DNA from: Myxococcales bacterium
GTDB lineage: Bacteria; Myxococcota_A; Polyangia; Nannocystales; Nannocystaceae
Length of the DNA stretch: 64,000 nucleotides
NCBI GenBank assembly: GCA_020633335.1
Contig: JACKDU010000002.1
Location: 378,730 to 442,729, forward strand
Reading direction: 5' to 3'
Shown piece by piece: positions 35,910-45,008 of the stretch. A program made the position numbers and the translations under genes. The notes under the pieces are model-generated. The model ran no database searches and was not told the DNA's origin. It saw only the letters and a program-made list of their open reading frames with translations. Positions within the stretch are counted from its first letter, which is position 1. Each line of letters opens with the position of its first letter.

Positions 35910-38074
35910 TTCGACTCACCGGTCCAGGTGTCGAGCCAGCCCAGCACCTCGTCGTGCCACTGCAGCGAGTTCGCCGGCTTCAGCACCCAGTGGTTCTCGT
36001 CCGGGAAGATCACGAGGCGGCTCGGGATCTCGCGGCGCTGGAGCGCGGTGAAGGCCCCGAGCCCCTGGGTCTCCGGGATCCGGTAGTCGAGCGAGCCGTG
36101 GATCACCAGCATCGGCGTCTTCCAGCGCTCGACGAAGCGGACCGGGTTGTGGCGCTCGTGCTCCTTCTCGTGCTTCCAGTAGGGCCCGCCCTGCTCCCAC
36201 TCCGCGAACCAGAGCTCGTCGGTCGCGTAGTACATCATCCGGTTGTCGAAGACGCCGTCGTGGTTGACCAGGCAGCGGAAGCGATCGCTCCACTGGCCGG
36301 CGATCCAGTTGATCATGAAGCCGCCGTAGGAGGCCCCGAGCGCGCAGACCCGATCCTCGGCGAGCCACGGGTAGGCGTCGGTGACGTGCTTCAGGCCGAG
36401 CTTGAGGTCGTCGAGGGGCTTGCCGCCCCAGTCGCCCGAGATCGAGTCGGTGAAGCGCTGGCCGTAGCCGGTCGAGCCGTGGAAGTCGATCATCACGACC
36501 GCGTAGCCGGCCCCGGCGTAGACCTGCGGGTTCCACCGGTAGTGGAAGTGGTTGCCGAAGGAGCCCTGGGGCCCGCCGTGGATCAGGAAGGCGACCGGGT
36601 AGCGCTTCTTCTCGTCGAAGTCGACCGGCTTGACCACCCATCCGTGGACCGTCTCCTTCTTCCAGCCGGCGAAGGAGAATTGCTCGGGCTCCCCCATCTT
36701 GAGCGCCGCCACCCGGGCCCCGTTGATCGCCGTGATCGCCTCGGGATCGCCGCCGCTCGCCTTGACGCGGAAGAGCTCCGCCGGCGACCGGAGGTCGTCA
36801 CGGGCGAAGACGAGCTGATCGCCGGCGAGGCGCGGCGAGGCGACGTAGCCGTCACCGACCACCTTGGTCACCGCCCCGCTGGCGACGTCGATCGCAAAGA
36901 GCGGGTGTTGGCCGAGGTCATCGGCGGTCGCGTAGAGGGTCTTGCCGTCGGCCGAGAAGAGCAGGCCGCCGGGCGAGCGATCCCACTCCGGCGCGACCTC
37001 ACGCGCCTGACCATCAGGCCAGCTTCGGATCATGATCCGGAAGCGGTCGGCCTCGAAGCCCGGCCGGCTCATCGCCAGGTAGGCGAGGCTCTTGCCGTCC
37101 GCCGAGAAGACCGGCTGGGTGTCCCAGGCCGGGTTGTCGGCGCTGAGGTTGGTCGACTCGCCGCCGCCGATCGCCACCTTGAAGAGGTCGAAGTTGGTCG
37201 ACCACGGCTCCTCGCGGCCGGCGACCCGCGCGGTGTAGACGAGGTGCCCGCCGTCAGGCGTGAAGGCGATCTCCTCGTCGCCGCCGAAGGGCTTCGACGG
37301 GACGTCGGCGTCGAGGCCCGCGGTCACGTCGACCGCCGGCCCGCCCTTGATCGGGACGACGAAGAGGTGGGAGCGCAGCTCGCCCTTCCAGGTGTCCCAG
37401 TGGCGGGCGAAGAGGCGATCGTGGACCATCCCCGTCGACTTCCGCGCCTTCGCCTCGGCGATCCGGTGGGCGCTGCACTCGAGGTCCTCGCAGGTCGGGT
37501 AGACCTCGGCGCTGAAGGCGAGGTGCTCGCCGTCGGGGCTGACCAGGAAGGAGCCGATGTCCACCGGCACCTTGGTGACCTGGCGGGGCTCACCGCCGTC
37601 GGCGTCGACCACCCAGATCTGCGACGAGCCCGAGCGACGGGAGAGGAAGAAGACCTCGCCGCCGCGAGCACCCCAGCGCGGCGACATATCGGCCTCCGGG
37701 TGCTCGGCGAGGGTCAGCGGCTTGCCGCCGTCGACGCTGGTGATCCAGAGATCGGTGCGGCCGCGGTTGGCCGCGGTGTCGGTGCTGCGGACGACGAAGA
37801 CCACGCGCTTGCCGTCGGGCGAGACCTGGGGATCGCCGACCCGATCGAAGGCGATCAAGTCGCGGGCCGAGAAGGCGTGCTCGTTGAAGTCGAACTCGGC
37901 GGGGGTCGGAGCCGCCGCGGGCGCCTTCGCCTCCGCCGGCGCGGCCGCAGGCGGGCACTCGGCGGCCTCCGGCGACCCAGCCTTCGACATCACATGATCC
38001 GGCTGGGTACAGGCGAAGCCGCCCAGGAGGACCGGCGCGAGCGAGAGGAGAGAGCGGCGATAGCGCATCTGCAT
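35906..38074 (-). CDS. S9-family serine peptidase lipoprotein (prolyl oligopeptidase/acylaminoacyl-peptidase-like; beta-propeller plus alpha/beta hydrolase)
   Basis: Lipobox LLGGFAC, a propeller region, the nucleophile elbow GASYGG, and HGSLDYR...H in the catalytic domain. 4-nt overlap with the downstream gene. Confidence 0.9.
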   Translation of the reverse strand: MQMRYRRSLLSLAPVLLGGFACTQPDHVMSKAGSPEAAECPPAAAPAEAKAPAAAPTPAEFDFNEHAFSARDLIAFDRVGDPQVSPDGKRVVFVVRSTDTAANRGRTDLWITSVDGGKPLTLAEHPEADMSPRWGARGGEVFFLSRRSGSSQIWVVDADGGEPRQVTKVPVDIGSFLVSPDGEHLAFSAEVYPTCEDLECSAHRIAEAKARKSTGMVHDRLFARHWDTWKGELRSHLFVVPIKGGPAVDVTAGLDADVPSKPFGGDEEIAFTPDGGHLVYTARVAGREEPWSTNFDLFKVAIGGGESTNLSADNPAWDTQPVFSADGKSLAYLAMSRPGFEADRFRIMIRSWPDGQAREVAPEWDRSPGGLLFSADGKTLYATADDLGQHPLFAIDVASGAVTKVVGDGYVASPRLAGDQLVFARDDLRSPAELFRVKASGGDPEAITAINGARVAALKMGEPEQFSFAGWKKETVHGWVVKPVDFDEKKRYPVAFLIHGGPQGSFGNHFHYRWNPQVYAGAGYAVVMIDFHGSTGYGQRFTDSISGDWGGKPLDDLKLGLKHVTDAYPWLAEDRVCALGASYGGFMINWIAGQWSDRFRCLVNHDGVFDNRMMYYATDELWFAEWEQGGPYWKHEKEHERHNPVRFVERWKTPMLVIHGSLDYRIPETQGLGAFTALQRREIPSRLVIFPDENHWVLKPANSLQWHDEVLGWLDTWTGESK

Positions 38075-38290
38075 GCGCCGATACTAGGTCATCTCGGACG
38101 ACCTCGCCCACTGGCCGCGCGCGGGCGTGCCGGCCGGCCCGCACACCGAGGCCCGCTCGTCCCGGCTGCGCCCGCCCCAATTTGGAACGAGCGTGGACAA
38201 TTGCCACACATGTGGCCAAGAGAACCCAGTCCACAACACACTTCCTGGAAAATCTCACCTCGCACTCATCTTGCATGACAGCGCGGTGCG

Positions 38291-39262
38291 ATGATGGAGG
38301 CTGGCGTGACCGGGCGCGGATCGGGGGAGGACACGCAGCACTCCGGGCGGGGGCGCCGCTCGAGCTTCATTCGGCGCGCCCGCGAGTGCTCGGAGAGCGC
38401 GATGCTCCGCCAGCTCGATCCGGAGGAGCTGATGATCGTCGGCCGGATCGCCGAGAGCGACGAGGGCCGGGTCGTCCACGCCTACGACACCCGCGCCCGC
38501 CGACACGTCGCCCTCAAGCAGCTCTTCGGCCCGCTCTCGCCGATCACCGAGGCCCGCTTCCTCCGCGAGGCCCACCTCCCGGCGCGGCTCAGCCACCCGG
38601 GGATCGTCGAGATCCTCGGCGTCGGCCGCTGGCCCGGCGGCGATCCCTTCTACGTGATGGAGCTGATCCACGGGATCGAGCTCAGCCAGCTCGTCGCCCA
38701 GGCCCGCCTCCTCCGCGAGCGCCTCCCCCTCCTCCGCCACGTCTGCGCCTGCGCCGAGGCGATCGGCAGCGCCCACCGCAGGCGGATCATCCACCGCGAC
38801 CTCAAGCCGGAGAACGTCCTGATCAGCGACCGCGGCCAGCCCGTGATCATCGACTGGGGCCTCGCCAAGGACCTCGCCGAGGACGATGAGCCGGTCGCCG
38901 ACGACGCACCGCCCCCCTCCGGCCACAGCGGCCGCACCCTCGCCGGTCACATCGTCGGCACGCCCTCGTTCATGTCCCCCGAGCAAGCGCGGGGCGAGGC
39001 CGCGGATCCCCGGAGCGACGTCTACGCGGTCGGGGCGATCCTCCTCCACGTCCTCACCGGCGTCCTCCCCTACCCCGGCGACGACGCCCGGCAGGTGGTC
39101 GACCAGGTGATCGCCGGGCCGCCGCCCGCGCTCGGGCTCCTCTCCTCGAGCCTGCGACCGGAGCTGGTCGCGGTCGTCGAGCGGGCGCTCGCCCGCGCTC
39201 CCGACGAGCGCTACCCCGACGGCGACGCCCTCGCCGAGGCGCTCCAGGGCCTCACGCTCTGA
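38291..39262 (+). CDS. Hanks-type Ser/Thr protein kinase (atypical glycine loop)
   Basis: VALK, HRDLKPENVL, DWGLAKD, GTPSFMSPE and DVYAVG. The start may be an internal Met (MLRQ or MIVG). Confidence 0.8.
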   Translation: MMEAGVTGRGSGEDTQHSGRGRRSSFIRRARECSESAMLRQLDPEELMIVGRIAESDEGRVVHAYDTRARRHVALKQLFGPLSPITEARFLREAHLPARLSHPGIVEILGVGRWPGGDPFYVMELIHGIELSQLVAQARLLRERLPLLRHVCACAEAIGSAHRRRIIHRDLKPENVLISDRGQPVIIDWGLAKDLAEDDEPVADDAPPPSGHSGRTLAGHIVGTPSFMSPEQARGEAADPRSDVYAVGAILLHVLTGVLPYPGDDARQVVDQVIAGPPPALGLLSSSLRPELVAVVERALARAPDERYPDGDALAEALQGLTL

Positions 39263-41114
39263 GGAGCGGGCCGCCGCCGGCGCTCAGCCCTCGCGCGGAC
39301 GCGGCGGCGCCCGGCTCGAGCGCCGCCTCGATCGCCTCGCGGAGACCCTCGACGCCGATCGGCTTGCTCAAGATGGCGGTGAGCCCGCTCTGGGCGTAGC
39401 GGTGGAGGTTCTCGGGGACGACGTCCGCGGTCAGGCCGATGACCGGGAGCTCCGCGCGCCGATCCCCGCACCCACGGATCCTCGACATGACGGCGGGCCC
39501 GTCGAGCCCGGGCATGTGCATGTCGAGGATGACGGCGTCGATCGCCTCGCTGTCGAGGAGCGCCAGGGCCTCGTAGCCATCGGCGGCCTCGAGGACCCGG
39601 TAGCCGAGGGAGGTGAGCATCGCCGAGATGACCACGCGGTTGACGAGCTCGTCGTCGGTCACGAGGACGCTCAGGCTCCTGCCGCCGAGCGAGGAGCTCG
39701 AGGTCGCAGGGGTGTCGCGGCTGATCGCCAGCTCGGCCGAGTCGCTCGGCTCCGGCGCAGGCAGGGTGACGACGAAGGTCGAGCCGCGCCCCGGGACGCT
39801 CTTCGCCTCGATCGTCCCCCCCAACGCGGCGACCAGGCGGCGACAGATCGCCAGGCCGAGGCCGCTGCCGCCGAAGCGCCGCGCGGTCGTGCTGTCGGCC
39901 TGGACGAAGGTGGCGAAGATGTCATCGCTGACGTCGTCGGAGAAGCCCACCCCCGTGTCGCGGACGACGAGCTCGACGCGATCGTCGCGGAGCGTCCGCG
40001 CCGACATGCTGATCTCGCCGCGCTCGGTGAACTTGATCGCGTTGTTCACGAGGTTGCCGAGGATCTGCTGGAGACGGAAGGCGTCGCCGACGATCCGCGC
40101 CGGGATCGCGTCCTCGATCACGACCCTGAGGGCCAGCCCCTTGTTCTCCGCCGGGGCCCGGAACATCGCCTCGACGTCATGGAAGACCCTCCGGAGGTCG
40201 AGCGACGCGCGCTCGATCTGGAGCTGGTCGGCTTCGATCCGCGAGAGGTCGAGGATGTTGCCGATGAGCTCGAGCTGTGACTGCGCCGAGCGCCGGAGGA
40301 TGCGGATGAGCCGGCGCTGCTCGCCGCGATCGTCGGTGCGCTCGAGGAGCTCGGCGGCCCCGAGGACCCCGACCATCGGCGTCCGCAGCTCGTGGCTCAT
40401 CACCGAGAGGAAGCGCGACTTGGCCGACGAGAGGGCGAGCGCGTTCTCGCGATCGGCGGCGAAGCCCGCGCTCTGGCGGGCGTGGAGCGAGGCGAAGACC
40501 GACGTGACCGCCAGGAGGGCCAAGCTCGCGCTCGTCGTCAGCAGCCAAGCGCCCCCGGAGGCCAGCCCGACGTCGACGCCGACCATCGGGGCGGCGAGCG
40601 CAGCGAAGGCGAGGAGCGCGGCGTTGATCCAGCCGGCCGCGACACCCACCAGGAGCACCGCGAGCGCGGGGATGATGACGAGGAAGGGTGCGAGCGGCCC
40701 GGCCACGCCCAGCGTCGCGCTGCTGAAGAGGAGCGCCAGGTTGAGGAGGAGGACGAGGACCAGCCCGCCCCTCCGCGGCCCGGCGACGCCGACCCAGAGC
40801 GGCGTCGCCAGCATCGCCGCGACGACGGCGGCGGCGACGAGCCACGCCGGTCCCGGCGTCGGATCGGCGACGACGAGCGGGACGATGGTAGCCGCGCCGA
40901 CGATCGCCACGATGAGGCCGGAGGCGATCAGGAGGCGCTGGCGCAGGGCGTCGACGGGGTCGGTCGCGCGTCTGGTGGCCGGGATCAGCCGCTCCAGCCA
41001 GGCGAGCGGGAGGTGCGAGCGAGCGAGGTCAGCGGCCCTCCGCGACTCCTCCTCGCCCTCGTCCACCCACACCCATTGACGATGAAGACAGCGCGCTCGT
41101 CGGGCAAGCTCCAC
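39252..41114 (-). CDS. Hybrid sensor histidine kinase (polytopic membrane N-terminus, HisKA, HATPase_c, C-terminal receiver)
   Basis: H-box SHELRTPM, N/G boxes (NLVNNAIKF, DTGVGF, GGSGLGLAI), receiver motifs VLVTDDE...ILDMHMPGLDG...K. Confidence 0.9.
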   Translation of the reverse strand: MELARRARCLHRQWVWVDEGEEESRRAADLARSHLPLAWLERLIPATRRATDPVDALRQRLLIASGLIVAIVGAATIVPLVVADPTPGPAWLVAAAVVAAMLATPLWVGVAGPRRGGLVLVLLLNLALLFSSATLGVAGPLAPFLVIIPALAVLLVGVAAGWINAALLAFAALAAPMVGVDVGLASGGAWLLTTSASLALLAVTSVFASLHARQSAGFAADRENALALSSAKSRFLSVMSHELRTPMVGVLGAAELLERTDDRGEQRRLIRILRRSAQSQLELIGNILDLSRIEADQLQIERASLDLRRVFHDVEAMFRAPAENKGLALRVVIEDAIPARIVGDAFRLQQILGNLVNNAIKFTERGEISMSARTLRDDRVELVVRDTGVGFSDDVSDDIFATFVQADSTTARRFGGSGLGLAICRRLVAALGGTIEAKSVPGRGSTFVVTLPAPEPSDSAELAISRDTPATSSSSLGGRSLSVLVTDDELVNRVVISAMLTSLGYRVLEAADGYEALALLDSEAIDAVILDMHMPGLDGPAVMSRIRGCGDRRAELPVIGLTADVVPENLHRYAQSGLTAILSKPIGVEGLREAIEAALEPGAAASARGLSAGGGPLLRA

Positions 41115-41187
41115 AAGGTCGGACGGACGCGCCCGCGTCCTCGACGAGGGCCCTCGCGGACGAGAGCGCGCGACCCGAGAAGGACCA

Positions 41188-41601
41188 CTAGCGGCCGAGG
41201 ATTCTGTCGACGGCGTCGACGTCGTCGGTGATCACGACCGGGCCGCTCTCGGTGCCGCGGACGATCCGCTGGCCCTGGAGACGGCCCGCGATCGTCCGGA
41301 CCAGGATCACCGTCCGCCGAAAGCGGCTCACGAAGCGCCCGAGGAGATCGCGGACGGCCGCCTCGAAGGCGTCGTCGTTGTTGCCGACCGGCGCGCGGAT
41401 GTCGAGGACGAGGTCGGCGGCGCCGATCGGGATCCCGGCGACCGCGGCGATCAGCGCGTCCACTTCGCTCCGCAGCGCCTCCACCTCGAGGCGGGCGCGG
41501 TTGCGCACGAGGATCACGCGATCGCGGCGACGATCGTGGGCCAGGGTGCCGTGCTCGGTGCGCAGGAGGATCTCCGCGTCGTCGCCGATCATCCGCGGCA
41601 C
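41188..41601 (-). CDS. Hypothetical protein (137 aa) immediately upstream of the hybrid kinase
   Basis: Protein-like ORF; the opposite-strand frame is R/T/S-rich garbage; 73-nt gap to the kinase start. Confidence 0.45.
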   Translation of the reverse strand: MPRMIGDDAEILLRTEHGTLAHDRRRDRVILVRNRARLEVEALRSEVDALIAAVAGIPIGAADLVLDIRAPVGNNDDAFEAAVRDLLGRFVSRFRRTVILVRTIAGRLQGQRIVRGTESGPVVITDDVDAVDRILGR

Positions 41602-41632
41602 TATAGCGCAACCGCAGACCGGCGGCCTCGCC

Positions 41633-41983
41633 TCAGTGACCGAGCCGGCAGCGACCGAGACCGGCGAGCGCCTTCGCCTGGGCGGCGGTGCAGGTCAGGG
41701 TCTCGCGCCAGCGGCGGTCGATGAGCGCGGCCGCGTCGCAGGTCGCCTTCGGATCGCCGGCGCGGGCGCGCTCGATCAGCATCCTCCAGGTCGTGCCGCG
41801 GACCGCGGCGTCGCGCCAGGTGTGCGGATCGCCGCCGGCGATCATCGTGCAAACCGCCGCGGTGTCCTCGAGGAGCGCCCGCGGATCGTCGCTCGCCTCG
41901 ACGACGCCGCCCTTCGGCGTGCAGGCGGCGAGCGCAGGGGCGACGAGCGCGAGGACGGCGAGGAGACGAGCCGCGGCCGGCAT
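41633..41983 (-). CDS. Small Cys-containing lipoprotein, hypothetical
   Basis: Signal peptide and lipobox LALVAPALAAC; 116 aa. Confidence 0.45.
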   Translation of the reverse strand: MPAAARLLAVLALVAPALAACTPKGGVVEASDDPRALLEDTAAVCTMIAGGDPHTWRDAAVRGTTWRMLIERARAGDPKATCDAAALIDRRWRETLTCTAAQAKALAGLGRCRLGH

Positions 41984-42026
41984 GGGGGCTCCATACCACC
42001 CCGGGCGCGCCTGCTACCATCGCGCC

Positions 42027-43277
42027 GTGCTCGATCTCGACTTCGTCCGCGCCGCCTTCCCGGCCCTGGAGGGGGGCTGGGCCCACCTCGACAACGCCGG
42101 AGGGACCGCCGCGCCGCGGGCCGTGATCGAGCGCCTCCAGGCGGCCGCCGCCGGCTCGCCGATGCTCGCGCGCGGCGGTCCGCACCGCAGCTCACGCGAG
42201 GCTGGCGAGTCCTACGCCGCAGGTCACGCGGCCGCCGCCGCGCTCCTCGGCGGCGATCCCGATGAGGTGATCCTCGGGACCTCGACCACCGCCAACCTCG
42301 ACCTCCTCGCCCGCGCGCTCCGGCCGGCCTGGTCGGCCGGCGACGAGGTGATCGTCACCGACCTCGATCACGAGGCGAACATCGGCCCCTGGCGGCGCCT
42401 CGCGGCGACCGGGATCGACGTCCGGGAGTGGCGCGCGCGGCCCGAGAGCGCGACGCTCGAGCTGGACGATCTCCTCCCTCTCCTCGGCCCGCGCACGCGC
42501 CTCGTCGCCTTCACCCACTGCGCGAACGTCGTCGGGGCGATCCACGAGGTCGCCGCGATCACCCGGGCGATCCACGACGCCGGCGCGCTCGCCTGCGTCG
42601 ACGGGGTCGCGCTCGCGCCCCACCGCGCCGTCGACGTCCGGGCGCTCGGCGCCGACTTCTACGCGGTCTCGCTCTACAAGATCTTCGGGCCCCACCTGGG
42701 CGCCCTCTATGGCCGCCGCGAGCTCCTCGAGGGCGCCTCGCCGCCGACCCACGACTTCCTCGCCGCCGCCTCGCCGCCGCTCCGCTACGAGCCCGGCGGG
42801 GCGCCGCCCGAGCTGGTGGCGGCGGTCGGCGGGATCCTCGACTACCTCGACGCCCTCGATCAGCACACCTTCGCGCTCCGCGGCGACGCCGGCGAGGCCC
42901 CCCGCGGGCGGATCTTCGCGGCGATCGCCGACCACGAGGCGGCCCTCTGCGCGCGCCTCCTCGACGGCCTCCGGGCGTCGCCGCGGGTCCGCGTCGTCGG
43001 CCCGGCGAGCGCCGATCCCGAGCGGCGGATCGCCCTCGTGACCTTCACGATCGACGGCGTCCCCTCGGCCGAGGTCGCCGCCCACCTCGCGGACGCCGGC
43101 GTCGCCCTCCGCAGCGGCCACTTCTACGCGCCGCGGGCGATCGCCGCCCTCGGCCTCGATCCGGCGGCCGGCGGCCTCGTCCGGGTGAGCCTCGCCCACT
43201 ACAACAGCGAGGAGGAGATCGATCGGGCGCTCGCCGCCCTCGCTCCGCTCGTCGATCGGGCGCCGCGCTCGACCTGA
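42027..43277 (+). CDS. Class V aminotransferase / cysteine-desulfurase-like PLP enzyme
   Basis: FPALEGGWAHLDNAGGTA at the N-terminus; SLYKIFGPHLG contains the PLP Lys. The GTG at 42027 is the probable start; the ATG at 41982 would overlap the divergent gene's start codon. Confidence 0.8.
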   Translation: MLDLDFVRAAFPALEGGWAHLDNAGGTAAPRAVIERLQAAAAGSPMLARGGPHRSSREAGESYAAGHAAAAALLGGDPDEVILGTSTTANLDLLARALRPAWSAGDEVIVTDLDHEANIGPWRRLAATGIDVREWRARPESATLELDDLLPLLGPRTRLVAFTHCANVVGAIHEVAAITRAIHDAGALACVDGVALAPHRAVDVRALGADFYAVSLYKIFGPHLGALYGRRELLEGASPPTHDFLAAASPPLRYEPGGAPPELVAAVGGILDYLDALDQHTFALRGDAGEAPRGRIFAAIADHEAALCARLLDGLRASPRVRVVGPASADPERRIALVTFTIDGVPSAEVAAHLADAGVALRSGHFYAPRAIAALGLDPAAGGLVRVSLAHYNSEEEIDRALAALAPLVDRAPRST

Positions 43278-43310
43278 CCTTTCAGGCAGGCAGGCACACG
43301 GCGGGCGCCC

Positions 43311-43880
43311 TCAGGCCTCGCGGACCGCCGCCAGCGCCTCGCGGTAGCGCGGCAGGAGGAGCGGCGTGATCGAGCAGCCGCTGCAGGCCCAGTGGAAGAG
43401 GATCGCCTGCTCCTCCCGATCGAGGCCGTTGGGCGCGTAGGGCCGCGCGAGGTAGGCGCTCACGCAGCAGGGCGGGAAGCCGAAGAGGTAGCCCTCGAGC
43501 ATCCCGAGCTCGCGGCTGAGGCGGAGGGGGCCGCCGTCGAAGGCCTGGCGGTAGATCTCGAGGAGCGGCGTGTGCCGCGAGAAGACGGTCTCGTCGACCT
43601 CCCCGCCCTCCTCGGTGCGCCGCCGGCAGGTCCGCTGGACCAGCCCGAGGGCGACCAGCTCGGCCCGGAGCCCGTCGTTGAGCGGCCGCTCGTAGCGCGA
43701 GAGCGGCTTGAGGCCGACGCAGGTGAGCTGCGCGAGGTAGGCGAGATCCTCGTCGTGCTCCCGCAGGCGCCGGAGGTTGTCGGCCCGCCGCTTCGCCGGA
43801 TCGCGGCGCAGCGGCCCCGACGCCGGGTGAGACCGGGGGATCACCGTCGGGTGCGGCGCACTCGCTGGACGATTGGCCAT
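43311..43880 (-). CDS. Hypothetical Cys-motif protein (FPPCC...HWACSGCS)
   Basis: Protein-like C-terminal 150 aa. The N-terminal Pro/Arg-rich part of the track ORF is probably not coding. Start uncertain. Confidence 0.5.
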   Translation of the reverse strand: MANRPASAPHPTVIPRSHPASGPLRRDPAKRRADNLRRLREHDEDLAYLAQLTCVGLKPLSRYERPLNDGLRAELVALGLVQRTCRRRTEEGGEVDETVFSRHTPLLEIYRQAFDGGPLRLSRELGMLEGYLFGFPPCCVSAYLARPYAPNGLDREEQAILFHWACSGCSITPLLLPRYREALAAVREA

Positions 43881-44866
43881 GTCCGTTTCACCAGGCGATT
43901 GAGGAGCGGGACGTCGACCCACCCACGGTGGAGCGAGCCCCGGAAGTAGGCGTCGCCGTGCGCGGCGAGCGAGTGGACGGCGACGTAGGGGAGGACCATC
44001 TCGTGGCCGGTGTGGCGGTTGCGGAGCTCGAAGGTCCCCATGTTGATCGACTCGCCACAGACCGCGCAGGTCTCGAGCCCGCGCTGGACGTGCTCGACGA
44101 CGTCGAGGTGGCGCGGGGTCGGCTCGCTGCCGCCGAGGCCCTCGAGGTAGGAGGCGAGGCGCTGGCCGAACTCGGCGTGGGCCCGCGACTGCCCGAGGAT
44201 CGAGCGCAGCAGCTCCATGTCGAGGCGCCCGTCGATCACCTCGTCGGCGCCCGCGTCGACCGAGTCGCCGAGCTCGTGGCTCGCGTAGTTGGCGTCCTTG
44301 TGCTCGACGAGGCCGTGGAGCGCGAGGTAGGGCACCTGCATCGACCGCTCGTTGTGGGTGTTGGTGACCACGAAGTAGCCCATGTTCACGTGGTCACCGC
44401 ACTCGCCGCAGGGGACCACCCCGCGCATCATGTGCTCCTCGATCGTCAGGTGCTCGGGGAGCAGCGAGGTGTGGGCCAGGAGCGCGGTCATCAAGCGGCC
44501 GATCCGGTACTCCTCGTAGTTGAGGACGTCCTTGAGGAGATCGACGTCGATCTGCCCGTCGCCGCGGAGGGTCCCGTGGAAGCCGCGATCACCGTGGGTG
44601 ACCAGGGCGTGGACGGCGATGTAGGGGAGCTCGATCTGAAGCTCGTTGTCGAGGTTGCGGACGCTGAGCTCGCCCATGTTGACGGTCGCGCCGCAGAGCG
44701 TGCAGGTCTCGACGCCCCGCATCGGCCGCTCCTCGACCTCGAGGTAGCGCGGCGGCTTGATCCGCCCGCCGAGCCCCGGGAGATAGCTCAGGAGGAGGTG
44801 GCCGAGCTTCTTCAGCTCGATCTCGCCGGCGTGGTGGCCGTGGCTCTGTCCCTCACCTTCGAGCAT
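43841..44866 (-). CDS. Protein of three tandem ~105-aa repeats, each with CxxCG...NMG and conserved His/HGD motifs (putative metal-binding)
   Basis: Repeats align internally on LxxYLxGLGG...RG(V/L)ETC.xCG...NMG...LPYxAxHxLxxHGD. Start set at the internal ATG, which has a GGAGCGAGG RBS about 8 nt upstream. Confidence 0.7.
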   Translation of the reverse strand: MLEGEGQSHGHHAGEIELKKLGHLLLSYLPGLGGRIKPPRYLEVEERPMRGVETCTLCGATVNMGELSVRNLDNELQIELPYIAVHALVTHGDRGFHGTLRGDGQIDVDLLKDVLNYEEYRIGRLMTALLAHTSLLPEHLTIEEHMMRGVVPCGECGDHVNMGYFVVTNTHNERSMQVPYLALHGLVEHKDANYASHELGDSVDAGADEVIDGRLDMELLRSILGQSRAHAEFGQRLASYLEGLGGSEPTPRHLDVVEHVQRGLETCAVCGESINMGTFELRNRHTGHEMVLPYVAVHSLAAHGDAYFRGSLHRGWVDVPLLNRLVKRTWPIVQRVRRTRR

Positions 44867-45008
44867 CGCCTCGCTCCTCTTAGCGCCTCGGCTCCGGACA
44901 CTCAAGCGTCCGCGCCTCGGCGATGTTGAGAATGCTCCCAATGCTCGAGCATCGCCAGGCGTCGAAGCGGCAAAGTGCGCGCAGCGGCGGATGCGGGGGC
45001 TGCGGGGC

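Noticed and set aside
38075-38290. Possible sigma-54 (-24/-12) promoter in the divergent region upstream of the Ser/Thr kinase (TGGAAC..., TTGCATG)
   Set aside because: I could not find the required GG-N10-GC spacing when reading it by hand, so it is left uncalled.
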